64,000 nt of DNA from Camelus dromedarius (lineage: Eukaryota): contig NC_087436.1 of NCBI RefSeq assembly GCF_036321535.1, forward strand, positions 67,086,001 through 67,150,000. The letters run 5' to 3'. Numbering within the stretch: position 1 is the first letter of the stretch; every line of letters starts with the position of its first letter. The position numbers and the translations under genes were made by a program. Under the pieces are notes generated by a model that was given only the letters and a program-made list of their open reading frames with translations, was not told the origin of the DNA and did no database searches. Below are positions 41,401 through 54,649 of the stretch, in pieces.

Positions 41401-43716
41401 ATTCTACAAAATTCCACCTCCTAAGAGACAGAGAAGAATTGAGTGACATATAGTTCTAATGTTTTGTCCTTATCTATATCCACAGAATCTAGAAAAAAAT
41501 GCCTCATACATTGTAATTCCTCATTAAATATTTTAAAAATGAGCAGATGAATGACTATAAATAGGATGTCATCACACAAAGAAAAGTTATTTAGAGCTGC
41601 TATAAGATATTCTGCCATTGTGACTAGGAAAATGGTGATATCTAAAGGTATCTGAGAGGCAAACGGTAGCTGTAGCTAATTCAAACAATGTATTCCTGTA
41701 TCTACCAGTTAAAGAGTGCCTGCTATGTGCAAAGCATTGTTCTAAACCCTTTACAACTCAGTGAGACAGAAATCTGGGGAACCACAAAAGTGACTGTTTT
41801 AGGTTGCACAAACACCAAGTTTTGGACTTGAGACTTGAACTCATGTCTTCCCAATTTCAAAGTCAATCACTTTCAAAAAGGAATACTGCATACCAATATC
41901 TCTTTCTCCCTATGTTCATTAATTTCCAAAATTATTTTATCACTCTCATTCTCTTTTTCTTCTATAGATTAAAATTTTTAAAGATTTAAATAAAATGGTT
42001 TCTAAGACTATGCCAATTCTGGCATTCTGTTTATCTAGATAGGTTATAATTATTTGTGTAATATTATAAGAAAATGCAAAAGATTTGGAGTAAAAACATG
42101 TAAAATACTAAGGGAACACAAAAGCAGTAATAATTACTCCTCAATATAACCTGTGTTCCTAAATATTCAGAAAAGATATGTGAAAAGATAAAGTCAATAG
42201 CATCTTTACTTCAGTGACAATGATTAAATTACAGTGTGGATACAGTGTTCTTTATGAGTTGAAACTCCTTCTTTACTGGGTGATTTATCACATATGCAAT
42301 GAATCTACCTAATGAATAATGAAACAGATACTACCAAGTTTGAATCTCACTGAAGCTTGTCCTTTAATTATATGGGTTTTCTGAGCGTTGGTGTCATGTG
42401 ATACCAGAGGGTCTATCTAAGAGACTCATGGACCAAACAATGTTTGAGAGTTACTGAAAAACTGGAGTATGTCCATATTTTATCATACACTTTAATGTGA
42501 GTCATAGAAATTTTTCAGAATTGTATCAAAAGTAAGAGAGGCCTTTATTTGGAAGTAAGCTCTGCAGTTCTAGCCCAGTAATGTAGAACACTTTACTTAA
42601 CCCTGTGACCATACTTCACTAGGCTTTTGTGAGGATTAGATTTTACAGGTTATATAAAGTGCTTATCATTGGGTTTGACCTAGGGAAGACATTTAATAAG
42701 TCGTGGCTACAATTATTAATATACAACTATATTAATATAGGATTATAATGGATAAATCCTTTCTTAACATTTAGCAGAAATTCTTAAATTTTGTCAATTT
42801 CCCATAGATCTGACTCAGTTAAACAGTTAAGTGCTATCATATGTTTAAGGGATATAATTTGCTTAAATACAGTTAAATCATCACTCTAATGATCCTTTTT
42901 ATGATCTATTTATCAGTGCCTTCTTTCATAGGATTAAAAAAAAAAAACAAGCAAACTCTACTTCCTTTAGAGTTCTTAAAATCTCTAAGTAGCTCCCTTT
43001 TAGTTCATTTTCCAAGATATGTAGGAATAGAGGCTAAAGTGAGATACTAACAGTTCTGCATAGCATCAAAAGTTTGAGTTTTATCTCAGAAGATAATGGG
43101 GTAAAAATAGGAGTAGCAAGGTAAATATACCATACTCATATTCAGGGGGAGAGAGTGTTAAATGCAGATAGTAAGGAACTTCTAAAGACTGTAATAGATG
43201 ATTTAACACACATACCAAAACATGAAATATGATATATCATAAATATGAAATGTGATCATTTTTATTATAAAATAACATATGCTCACTGAAAATATTCAAG
43301 TGATACTTAACTATATAAAGCAAAAGGTGGAAGTGAGACAGCCCATTCCCCCAAATGCCTTTTTCCCCATATATTTTGTTTGTGTGTGTGTATGTATGTG
43401 TGTATATGTATATATATGTGTATATATATATATGTATGTATGTATGTATAAAATTCCAGTCTTGCTTTACATTCTGCCTCTCAAACATTTCTAGGAATCC
43501 AAGGATTATTTTTATGTGTCATCTGAATATAACTAGACTTCTCTAGATTGCAGCAGAGAAGGTATTTTTCCTACTATGAGTCTCAGAGGTGATTTTATAG
43601 GTATGACTGTTTGAGGCTAGCAATGCCATCTCCAACATGTGATAAAACACCTGGTTGGAGAACCTGCCTTCTTTACTATGTTGAATATTGTGCATGTCAC
43701 CTAGTTATAGACACAC

Positions 43717-44180
43717 TGTAAAGTGAACTCCAATGAGTCATGTCCTGTATAATCTCCATCCCCTGAGTGCTGCTCAACATGTGACCTGCTTCCCACCAAC
43801 AGAAAATGACAAAGGTGATGAGACAGTCACTTACATGATTATGTCACCCTTTATATGACTCCATCTTAGTGGATGTGAGGGGGAGATTCTTCTCTTGGCC
43901 TTGAAAAAGTAAGTTGTCATGATATGAAAAGACCTATGACAGGGTCATATTATAGGAGCTACAACTTGCCTTTATGAAGCTGAGAGTGGCTATACTGGAC
44001 AGCAAGAAGATAGTCACCTTAATCTTGCAGCTGAAAGAAAATGAATTCTGTCAGCAGTCATGTGAACTTGGAAGAAACTGAACTCCAGAAAGGAATGGAG
44101 GCTGGCCAATAACTTGATTAATTGAAGTCTTCTGCTGTGAGATAACAAATACGCCTTGTTTTAAGCTGCTGTGGTGTGAA
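43717..44180 (+). mobile_element. MaLR LTR (MLT1-like)
   Basis: GACAAAGGTGATG..TGAATTCTGTCAGCAGTCATGTGAACTTGGAAG..CTGTGAGATAACAAAT..TTGTTTTAAGCTGCT. Confidence 0.75.
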
Positions 44181-44918
44181 CTGTACTGATGACCTCAAAA
44201 GATTCATGAATGGTAGCCTTTGGATAGTCATACATATCTCCTGATTTTCATCAGTGAATTCCACATCATAGTGGTAATTTTTCTTCCTCCTCCACATAGA
44301 CACTCACATGTGGTGATGGTGGGAGTAAAGGGAATAAATGAAGAGTATCCAGGTTGGCTAAATATTGCACTTGGAACCAATTCAAAGACAAAACTATGCA
44401 GTTTGGTCCCACCAAATTCCTCTATAAAGGGTGATTTTCATTCAGAGGCCTAAATGAATGCACTTCCAGTGAATCACACAGGTATGTTGGTGTAAATCTA
44501 ACCCAACTGGAAAACAGATCAAGTTCTCAAAGAACTCCTGGGCTTTTTACAGATCAGGATATTGGGTTGTTCACTTTGTTTTTAATTTATAATTAGAACT
44601 GATTAGAAATTAAGTTTCTATTATGAATTATATAAATTAAGATGTGAACTTTTTCTCTTACTCTATGCTTATAAAAATCTATACTTCTCCTCAATTATTT
44701 TTCCTAGTTTTTCCAAACTCTTCTGCTAAAATTTTACTATACATATGCATACAATAAAGCACCTATATATTTTATATGAAAATAGGAAAATGCTATACAC
44801 TTTCACCAGTTACAAATATATGATAGCATTTTTCTAGGTTAGTATAAGTAAACATACACTGTATTTTTGACTGCACTGTAACACATTGAAAGTACTTACA
44901 CACACATATGTACATATT

Positions 44919-44919
<1 letters not shown>

Positions 44920-44963
<44 letters not shown>
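44920..44963. repeat. Compound (TG)n(TA)n microsatellite
   Basis: Read directly. Similar tracts at 10133-10151, 43381-43450, 46387-46414 and 48400-48430. Confidence 0.95.
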
Positions 44964-44969
<6 letters not shown>

Positions 44970-45859
44970 TAGTTTATTTTTTGTGACTTATTTTTCCCTC
45001 TGAACAAAAGATCTCTTAAAATGGATTGGATTATGTATTGGATTATACAAAAATAATGTATTCTTCCAAAATTCAAATAATACACAAGCACGTGGAGCAA
45101 AGAGACACTTTTTTAAAAGAGAAATAACATGAGTGAGGTATTTTATACACTCTTAGTTAAACATCTTTTGATCCAGAAGTTGTTAGCTCTTAATTTAAAA
45201 GACAATGCTGTGGAATAATAATTATTTCTTTGTATAGATCTCCTTGGACAAGTTCAATTTACTCTCTTTATTGTGTATTATTTTTCTTAGCTCATTTTTG
45301 AAATATTTTATAAGAGACTTTTGGTAAATAACTATGCCATACACTGGCAATATCTGAATAGCAATTTCAGCCTTATCTTGTCTATACTGAACTTAAGGGA
45401 GGTATATAATTCTAGCTTCAGTTACAACTTGTCTATTAGAGACAGCTCTCAGGATTGTCCAATATTTGAATTCCAACAAGCAAATATGATATATTAATTC
45501 TCTTGCATTTGTAGAATGTACTTATGCATCATCCTGGTATATTTCTGGGAAGATAATAAAAGGCCCATATTGCTTCTTGGTTTATCCTGGATAAGCATAA
45601 TTTCTGGCACCACTAGCTAAAAATTTCTCCTGGGCAGTCATTTCTCTTTCCATGCATGGAAAAGGAGTTTACCAGCATTAGAAAGAAACCTAATCTCCAG
45701 ACCCTCTCCAAAATTTCAATTCTAATCAATTACTTCAACAATCATATGAAAAGCTGCTGGGAGGCCTTAGAAAATCAGAACAGAAATCAATCTCAGAGTA
45801 GTGCTAGTAGAGAAAACTAATTTGTGTGTTGTAGTTGAGTGTAGAATGTGCATTGAGAA

Positions 45860-46384
45860 TTGGGATGGCTTTGTAAGGTGTCAATCAAGCTAGGCTGAAC
45901 TATATTTCCCAGAATTTCCTGTACTGTGTTTCCATCAGAGTGAGCAACAAGAGATTTTTCTTTTTTAAATTTGAAAGCCAGAAGACAAGAAGCACCTATC
46001 TGGTAGCTCACTTACTTATTGTGGATCTGCTAACTCACATCATCGGTGTGAAGTACCAGCTGGGCCTGTAATTGTTCTACTTTTCTTGAAATTCTTCCGC
46101 AGCTTTTCTGACGAGCTTTGCATGTTTAGCTTTGTGACAAAGGCTCCAGTTTCTGCAAGTTTTCCTTGTCATGAGGGCAGAGGCAACAAGAAACTACGTG
46201 GATTTCAGTACGTCTTTGTGGGGTTCTAGCTCATGCTTGAGGGTTCCAGCCTGCTCATGACATTCCCTTTCTCACTGCCTGCCTTGTGTACTTCAAGTTC
46301 CAGCACAGACAAGGAGGAGGTAGCAGCCTTACAGAGATAGCTTAATCAGCTTACAGAACTGAGTAAGGGAGTTGCAGGTAATAT

Positions 46385-46415
<31 letters not shown>

Positions 46416-46458
46416 TACTGGTTCTACTTCCCTGGTTGAACCCTCACTGATTGATACA
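45860..46458 (+). mobile_element. ERVL LTR (MLT2-like) with a (CA)n tract
   Basis: GTGTCAATCAAGCTAGGCTGAACTATATTTCCCAGAAT..(CA)n..CTGGTTCTACTTCCCTGGTTGAACCCT..GATACA. Confidence 0.72.
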
Positions 46459-46709
46459 TGAAGTAAACACAATAGACATGGACAAGTCTTTCATTAACTT
46501 TTCTTATGAAAGGGGATCAGAGATAATATCTGGAGATGGTATGAAGTTAAAGGATGATTATAACAAATACAGAATTTCTGAGTCTGTGTTTCTGTTTCTA
46601 TAAGAGAAAGAAAGCTGATGAAGCAGATGAAAAATAATATAATCAATACCAAAAAGAGAAAACACAGAGAGTACAGGCACAGATTCAAATGGGTTAGTAG
46701 TTTTCTTAT

Positions 46710-48130
46710 TCTTTTCCAGTGTTATTGAGGTATAACTGACAAAACTGTATGTATATAAAGAGTACAAGGGGATGACTTGATATATGTATACATTGTAAAA
46801 TGATTAGTTAACACATCTATTTTTATTATCAGACATAGTTATCTTTTCTCCCCCTGCAGTGAGAATCTTAAGGTCTACTCTCTTTGCCAACTTCAAGTAT
46901 ATGATAGAAAGTATATTTAACTATAATCACTATTTTGCATGTTAGATTCCCAGAACTTTTACATCCTATAACTTTAATTGTGCATGCTTTGACCAACATC
47001 TCCCCAATTTCCCAGCTCTCATCCCCTGGCAACCAAATTCAACTCTGTTTCTCTAAGTTCAACGTTTTGTTTTTTTGTTTGTTTTAAATTCCACCTGTAC
47101 ATGAGATCATACAATACTTGTATTTCTGTGTCTGATTTATTTCACTTAGCATAATGTTCTCCAGATTCATTTATGCTGTTGCAGGATTTCCTTCCTTTTT
47201 TCAATGGCAGAATAATATTCCATTATACATATCACATCACATCTTCTTTATCCACTCATCCATAGTTGGACTTTTAGATTCTCTCCATATCTTGGCTATT
47301 GTAAATGATCCTGCAAGAAACATGGGGGTGCACTTATCTCTTCAAGAAACTTACTTTGTTTCCTTCAGATATATAACCAGAAGTGGGGTTGTTGGATCAT
47401 CTGGTAGTTCCATGTTTAAATTTTTTAAGGAACTTACATATATATTCCATGTGGCTGTACCAATTTATATTTCCACCAAGTATGCATAAAGATTCCCTTT
47501 TCTACACATTTTCAACAGCTTTTGTTATCTCTTGTCTTTTTGTTAATAGCCATTGTAATAGGTGTGAGGTGAGATCTCATTGTAGTTTGGATTCACATTC
47601 CCCTCATGATGAGTGACACTGAGTATCTCTTCATGTACCAGTTAGCTGTTTATATATATTCTTTGGAAAAATGTCTATTCAGGGCCTTGACCATTTATTT
47701 ATTAGATTTTTTTTTGCTATTGAGTTTTATGAGTTCCTTATGTATTTTAAATATTTAATTCCATATCAGATATATGGTTTTCAAATATTCTTTTCCAATT
47801 CGTAGGTTGCCTTTTCATTTGTTAGTGGTTTCCTTTCCTATGTAGAAGTTTCTTTGTTTGATGTAGTTCAATTATCAATTTTTGTTTTTGTTGCCTGCAC
47901 TTTTGATGCCACATTCAAAAACCATTGCCAAGACCAATTTCAAAGAGCTTTTCCCCAATGTTTCTCCTTAGGATTTTTATGGTTTTGATCTTATATTTAA
48001 ATCTTTAATCCATTCTGAGTTAATTATTGTGGGTTGTGTAAGATAGGAGTCCATTTCATTCTTTTGCATATAAATATCTAGTTTTCCCAGTAACATTTGT
48101 TGAGTTCAGAGACTATCCTTTCTCAATTGA
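46710..48130 (-). mobile_element. L1 3' end (L1MA9-like): ORF2 C-terminal remnant plus 3' UTR
   Basis: TTATTGAGGTATAACTGACA..TTATTTCACTTAGCATAATG..GGTGTGAGGTGAGATCTCATTGTAGTTT..TAGGTTGCCTTTTCATTT..AGAGACTATCCTTTCTC. Confidence 0.9.
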
Positions 48131-48399
48131 GGGGGAATGATGAATACTTTATTATATAATATGTTGATAATATTTTATATATTTATTATATTAATATATT
48201 ATGTAATAATATTATAAATTTATTAAATTAGATATATTCATTTACTTTGGTAATATTATAGGAAGTTGAGAAAATAGCTGCTTTTATTGTGATCTGGAAG
48301 CTTTCATGTCAGGTTGGTGTTGACTAGTCATGATACTGTGTTTAGAGAATTTCTAAAAGAAATATTCCATAAAAAGACCTAAACTTTTTAATAAGGTCC

Positions 48400-48430
<31 letters not shown>

Positions 48431-48894
48431 GTAAGTATGTATGCATACATATATATACATACACATATGTATATATCACTTGGGTTATATATATTAAGTA
48501 TATTATTATATATTAATATTGCATTGTTATATAATGTTATATATAATCAAAATAAATATATATGTATCTATATATGAGCAATTGCCCATGGCAGAACTAT
48601 AGCAAATGTTAATTATTATACTTATGGTTTGCATGATAACTGATAATGTAAAAATAATGCAAATAGGCCCTTCAAGTAAGGATTAATTATTCAGATTTCA
48701 GATTTCCTTCTGAAATTTTTCAAAAATTTATTTTGAAAGTAATAAAAAATAATTAAAATTGAAAAAATATGTATCTATAATTGTAGACATAACCAACAGT
48801 TATATATACATATGTACTGTATATATATGTGTGTTTAAGTGTGTATTGATTGTATTTTGTAGCTCATAAGATAATTTATAGCCATTAATTAAAA

Positions 48895-49087
48895 CTATAG
48901 CTCTCTTGCTCCCTCATCTTTCAAGATGGCCTGCATTCTGTCTATGGAGTGTATATCTACTCTTACTTTAAACTGAACATCCAACACTGCATCTCTTGGC
49001 CTTTCTCTTGCCTTGTGAGATGGCCTGCACTCTTGTCTATGGAGAGTATGTCCTTCTAAATCAATCTACTTTTACTCAAAAAAAAAA
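48895..49087 (+). mobile_element. Polyadenylated 3' fragment of an ERV LTR (U3/R-like) with an internal ~35-bp duplication
   Basis: AGATGGCCTGCA(T/C)TCT(T)GTCTATGGAG(T/A)GTAT occurs twice (from 48924 and 49018). AATCAA at 49059-49064, A10 at 49078-49087, TT/AAAA at the 5' junction (48889-48894). Confidence 0.6.
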
Positions 49088-50699
49088 TATGACTATGATC
49101 TTTGGCAGTAGGTATTATTATTTATCTTAGAGAAAAAGAAAAAAATTACCAAATTTAAATGAGCTCAGTAAATATCAAAGGTAGAGTACAAACTCAGACA
49201 TTTTAACTGATATTGCTTAGAAAATAGTGTGTTCAGCTTTCAAAAGGCAATGCCTAAAAATAACAAAAACCAAACCAAACCAAACCAAACACTAGTGCCT
49301 TTGACACTATTATGTGACCGATGATCTTCATTTTTTTTTGTTGTTTTTGAGAAATCATAACAACAGGTTATTCTCATTTGGTATAATTTTCAATTTTATT
49401 AAGCAGTCTGCTAAAAGATTATTCTGTCTTAATCATTACCACCATCATTATTACCAAGATTCCCCAAAATATTTAAAGTATTAGTCTCTATTAAACATAA
49501 AAGAATTGAGGCTAAATGAAATTTTTATGTTAAAGAATTTGGTTTTCTTCTATTAATATTGGTTCCTCAGGCTTACATAAACATGGCCATTCTAAGAAAT
49601 TGTTTCTACTAATGTGAGGTTGAATGGGTTAGGCAGAACAAAAAAAAGACTAGGAAGGACTCTAGCAAAGATCCTCCCACCCCCATTCTATTTGAATAAA
49701 TAAACTCCTGCTTTTTACGATAGAAAGGATACCTTGTAAAGTTAACTAACAGTTTATTTATGTACCTGAATAAAAGTCGATTGGCTAATTTAAATGTAGA
49801 TAGTCAAAATCATTAAAACTGAAGAATTAACCAGGATATTGTTTTACAATTTAGGTTCTATAAAAAGACTCATAAGTGAAAAGGCCATGTGATTACCAAC
49901 ACCCTCCTTCCAAAGCCCCATTTGAAATTGACAAGAGAATTAACATTATTCTTTTTCTAATAGAATTTAGTAAGAAGAAGATTTATAATTATAGGAATAA
50001 TCAGTAGTTATTTACTATACAAATATGGAAGGATGATAGACTCAGGCATTGACTGTTCTTTCATGATCCATATTAAACCATGAAACAGGGTCCTTGACAC
50101 TAACTTACTAATTTCTTTTCAAGCTCTGAGTCTTTTCAATATTCTGTCCTATTTTTACCCAATCTAGAATAAACAAATCTGATATTTTAATTAAAAAACT
50201 GTAATAATGTATTTTTTCTACTTAATAGCTGAGTCAATTAAATATCCAGAAGTGTTAAGCCTAATTGTCTCAGAAGATCCAAGGATATTCTATGTAAAAT
50301 ATAAAGTGATAACCTGAGAATTAACTGACTGAAAATGCTATTTCCTTATCAAGCCAAAATGTAGCATTTTTTTAAAATACCTTTTTGTTTTTTAATCTAT
50401 ATTCATTCTTTACATTAAACTACCTGTGAATTACAACTTCTTAAACTTTTATCAAGAAATATAGAGCCATTGTGATGCTGCAGTGCAGACCTCCTGGCTG
50501 AACAGGTATAATGCTTTCTGTCCCTATCTATCATTGTCAAATATCCACAGATCCATTATTGAGTTATAGTACTTCTTAAGGAGACTCCCTCTGAAATGGA
50601 ATACATGCCATAAACTTGTCATATAAAGCAGTTTTAATATCAAAATGAGTAATGAAATAGAAAGTTTCCTACTGTCACAATAATTTATGCTTACCTAAT

Positions 50700-51622
50700 A
50701 TGTTACTTGTTTAATGCAATGATCATGCTGAATAGTAAACAACCACAAAGTCTCAGTGGCATAGGATGATAAACACTGCTTTAGCTCACACATCTGCATA
50801 GTGCATCTGGTTGAGCTGGGCTCACTTATGAAAGTGCAGTCATCTGCTGAAGGTCTTGTAGGTAGCCTGGCTCACACACAATTCCTGGGTGGTCAGCTGG
50901 CTGACGGTTGATATAGGATGGTCTCAGCAGGGATGGCTTGAGGCACTTGGATCAATCACTCCTTTATCTCTAACTTTAGCATGCAAGCCCAGGCATGTTC
51001 TCATATTAATCAGAATAGGAGGAACAAGAGGACAAGCTAAATCACTCAAGTGCTTTCAAACTGATACTCTTTTCAGATTTACATAACATCCACTGGGCAA
51101 ATCACATGGCTGAACCAAATCCACATCACATGGCTGAAACCAAATCATATCTCATGGCCTCCCATCTGAGTGGGAGGGCACTGTGTAGTGAATGCTTTTA
51201 CTCAGATCCCCCTTTAGGAATGAAAGAGAAGCTACGTCAGTTGATATGAGTGCTGCTGGAAGGCATTTTTCAAATTTCAGCTGGGTTTAGAAATTACCTT
51301 TATTGAAGAGAGCCACCTCACCAAAGATCATGTCTTCTTCCTGGGGCAGGTTTATTCAGTGACTGGTTGACATGAGAGTGTTAAAACCTGGCCCCTGCAC
51401 CTCAGCTGTGAACAGTTCTGAATAGTAATTCCATGTTCTGTTCTCCCGGTAGGGTCAGTGAAGGCTTCCTCAGAGACTATACTGCAGTTCAACTTTTTCT
51501 GTCCAATCCTGCTCTCTTCCATTCCATTCCACCAGTGTAGAGCTCAAGGCCGTTCCCTAATTCACTTCCTGCCATTAATCTCCACCCCAAAATCTACATC
51601 CCAGGGAATTTAACCTGCAACA
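50700..51622. mobile_element. MLT1-like LTR (~50700-51175) followed or interrupted by an LTR16-like ERVL LTR (~51182-51622)
   Basis: AACAACCACAAAGTCTCAGTGGC..AAATCACATGGCTGAAC, then CTCAGATCCCCCTTTAGG..CTGCAGTTCAACTT..CCCAGGGAATTTAACCTGCAACA. Confidence 0.6.
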
Positions 51623-52082
51623 CACTGAAGAATTACATGAGAAAGGAAACTACTCCAGGGAAAGGTGAATTGAAGTCAGGAACACCATCAACTTAGCACA
51701 ACTTTCTAGTGTAATAATCTAACAGCGTGAGATTTGATCATCCTTAAAATAGTAATCACAGAAAGGATGTTTTTCTCCTAATTATCTTTCTTTTTCCTAA
51801 TTCTCCTTTAAAAGTATTGACTAATATTCTTGTCACCCAGTATGACAACTAACCTGTGTTCACATTTTCTTGCTTTTTCTTCTTGGTCACGTTACTGTGT
51901 TAGAATGTCTTGTTTATGTTGATTTTCCTGTCTAAGTTTAACTCTTTTTTCAAATTTGAATTCAAATTTTACTTTTTACTCAATACCTCTTCTGATTCCT
52001 CCTGCAAGCAGCTCTTTACAGGAAACGCCCTCAGTAGGAAACTCCTTTTGCCTTGCCACTTTAGCAAAGCTATACTGTAACT

Positions 52083-52466
52083 AATTTTTTTTTAAATACT
52101 TAATTTTTTAAAAAAAAGTTTCAGGTTCACAGCCGAATTGAGCAGAAAATACAGAGTTCACACATAGCCCTCCCCACCTACACATATATACTCCCCTACC
52201 CTCAACACCCTCATCAGTGTGGCATATTTGGTACAATCGATGAACCAACACGGACACATTATTATCAACCAAAGTCCATAGTTTACACTAGGGTTCACTC
52301 TTGATGTTGTACATCCTATGGGTTTTGACAAATGCGTAATGACATGTAGCCACCACTATAGTATGATACAGAATTATTTCATTGCCCTAAAAATCCCTTG
52401 TGCTCCATCTGTTCATTCATCCCCTCCCTCGCTCTCCCCAAACCCCTGGAAACCATGATCTTTCAT
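52083..52466 (-). mobile_element. 5'-truncated L1 3' end (L1MC-like) with a target-site duplication
   Basis: TTTCAGGTTCACAGCCGAATTGAGCAGAAAATACAGAGTTC..AAAGTCCATAGTTTACACTAGGGTTCACTCTTG, flanked by TGTAACTAA at 52076 and 52467. Confidence 0.82.
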
Positions 52467-52559
52467 TGTAACTAACTTTTAAATCAGGTGCCCCCATGTT
52501 CTACTCACCTCCAGCCCAAGCACACCTTTCAGACTTTTGATCACAAAATACCTTACCTA

Positions 52560-52965
52560 ACTTGTTAGTTCTTTCTGTAGATCAAAGAAATAAAATTGAA
52601 GAAGTAATTAACAGATGATCAGATCTCTTCTTTAGCTTCTCCTTCAGTAATCTCGTGGACAGACTGTGTGAACAAACTGTGTGAACAAGATAGCATCTAA
52701 AGAAAGATGACGAGAGTCAACAAGCCTGCATGCAATAGATGGCTATGAGTTTGATCCCCTATCTCAATGATTAACTGAGATTACTTCCTCTTTTCCCATT
52801 ATAAACTTTCAAAAACAACTTTGTAGTTTTGTTTTGGGGTACGTGAGTCTGCCTTCTCACCAGATTGTCAGCTGTTTGATTAAAGGCAATTTTTCCTTTC
52901 TACCAACACTTGCCACTTGGATATTGAGCTTCAGGCAGAGAGCACCCTGACCTGAGTTTGGTAAC
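52560..52965 (+). mobile_element. Solo LTR (ERV1-like)
   Basis: TGTTA.. start, ATTAAA at ~52879, ends CCTGAGTTTGGTAACA. Confidence 0.55.
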
Positions 52966-53514
52966 ACTCCCAGTTAGAGCTGATCTGATCCCTCCTAGCA
53001 TATTATATCTCATTTTTTGAACTTACCATGTCATACTTGATAATTTACACTTATGCCTCACCTCAAGAATTGAGATCCTCAAGGGTAATAATTCTGTCAT
53101 AGTCACTTTTTTTCCCTGAGGTCATCTAGCAAGGTGACTTGGCATAGTTTCTTTTTTAATGTAAAAATATGAATGATTCAGGAAAAGCCTTGTGCTACTC
53201 ATTGTCTTCCATTAAACTTCCTCATATGAAAATATGTATCAAAAACGTCAAATTTAACAACCCTTTTCTACAAAGAATATGCATGATTTTTCACAGGACA
53301 AACATATCAAATGCACAAAGAAAATTTCAGCAGCACTCAGACTACACAAAGTGAACAGAAATTTTGATCTCTTAATTTATTGACCTGTAGAGTTTTATAC
53401 AAGTAATTCACAACATATACATATAGTTTTAAGGATACTCAGGTTTTGTTTCAATAGTAAACATATATACAGTAGACACGCAGATATAAAAATGATTGTC
53501 ATGAAACAAGAAGC

Positions 53515-53896
53515 TTTCACTTACAGGAGCAGAGTACATTAGGATTTAGAGGGAGTGAGAGGAAAACATGAGCAAGTGCCTTTATTATGGTTTCTGTGGG
53601 AACGGCTGGGTGAAGCAGGAAAAGTAGGCTATAGGATTGGCTACTATGAATAATTTTAGTGGGCTAGGGGACATAGGGTCTGTCCCTACTTGACCTTGAA
53701 ATGATTAGAGCAGGGGAACTGTGATCCAGAATGCAGAAACCCAATAAAGGAGGCAGTTGAGATCATGATCTCTAGATTGATTGGTTTACATATAGGCACT
53801 GTCCTAGGTTAGTTATTTACTATTCTAGGAACTGGCTAGCCCTAGGAGAGGCAGTCCCTCCAGGGTCGGGAAAGCCCCCAAATGCCAAAGCATCAA
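53515..53896 (-). mobile_element. LTR fragment (MER76-like, tentative)
   Basis: CCTTTTATTATGGTTTCTGTGGGA..GGCTAGCCCTAGGAGAGGCAGTCCCTCCAGGGTC..CAAAGCATCA. Confidence 0.5.
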
Positions 53897-54649
53897 AAAA
53901 AACCCCAAAACCCCAAAAGAAAACAAATAAATTGTTAATACACACAGAAACACACACATATGCATTTTTTTGTATTCTTCTTTTCTGGATCACATGGGCC
54001 ATATTTTTATAATCCCACCATTGTGTTAATGCATAGTCTGTTCTCAAGAAAAAATTTTCATTATGTATTATTTATTCAAACTGATGCAAAAAAAAATCTA
54101 TGCAAGCTGTTTATGCAATCTATCTTCCACCTAGAAATCATTCTACTCTCCTCATTAATAGCTAATATACATAAACTTGTTGCCTTTTGGCTTATCTTGT
54201 TGATTTATTTTATAATCAATTGCAGCTCACAAAATAACTTACTTGACAAGTCAATAGTCATATAACAGTTTTTCCTTCACTACCCACATCTCACAAACTC
54301 TCCACACTCTTAACACAAGACCAAATTTATTTCGCCTCTTTGAAATCCAAAGTATATATCATTAATTTAGTTACTCATTTGTTTCCAATTCCTCAAGAGT
54401 TTCACCATATGAACAAGTCAATATTTCACCACTTCTTTTTATTAAAAAACAACATTATCATTGGGATTTAGCAACTATAAATCCTAATTGTTTTTGCTCT
54501 TATACGAGATGTTTTAAATTGAAAAGTATACGATTTTTAGGTTGAGATGCTAGAATATATGTCAAACCCATCTTGGGGCATTTGATATCATAGGCACCTT
54601 AAAATCATTACCATAAAAAAGTAAAACTACACATTTCTGTATGTACAGG

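Noticed and set aside
47154..47616. 111- and 77-aa hydrophobic ORFs; likewise the ORFs at 56022-57402
   Set aside because: Antisense translations of L1 sequence, a common artefact.
51100..51160. About 2.5 tandem copies of ATCACATGGCTGAA(A)CCAAATC
   Set aside because: Slippage duplication inside an old LTR. There are no unique spacers, so it is not CRISPR-like.
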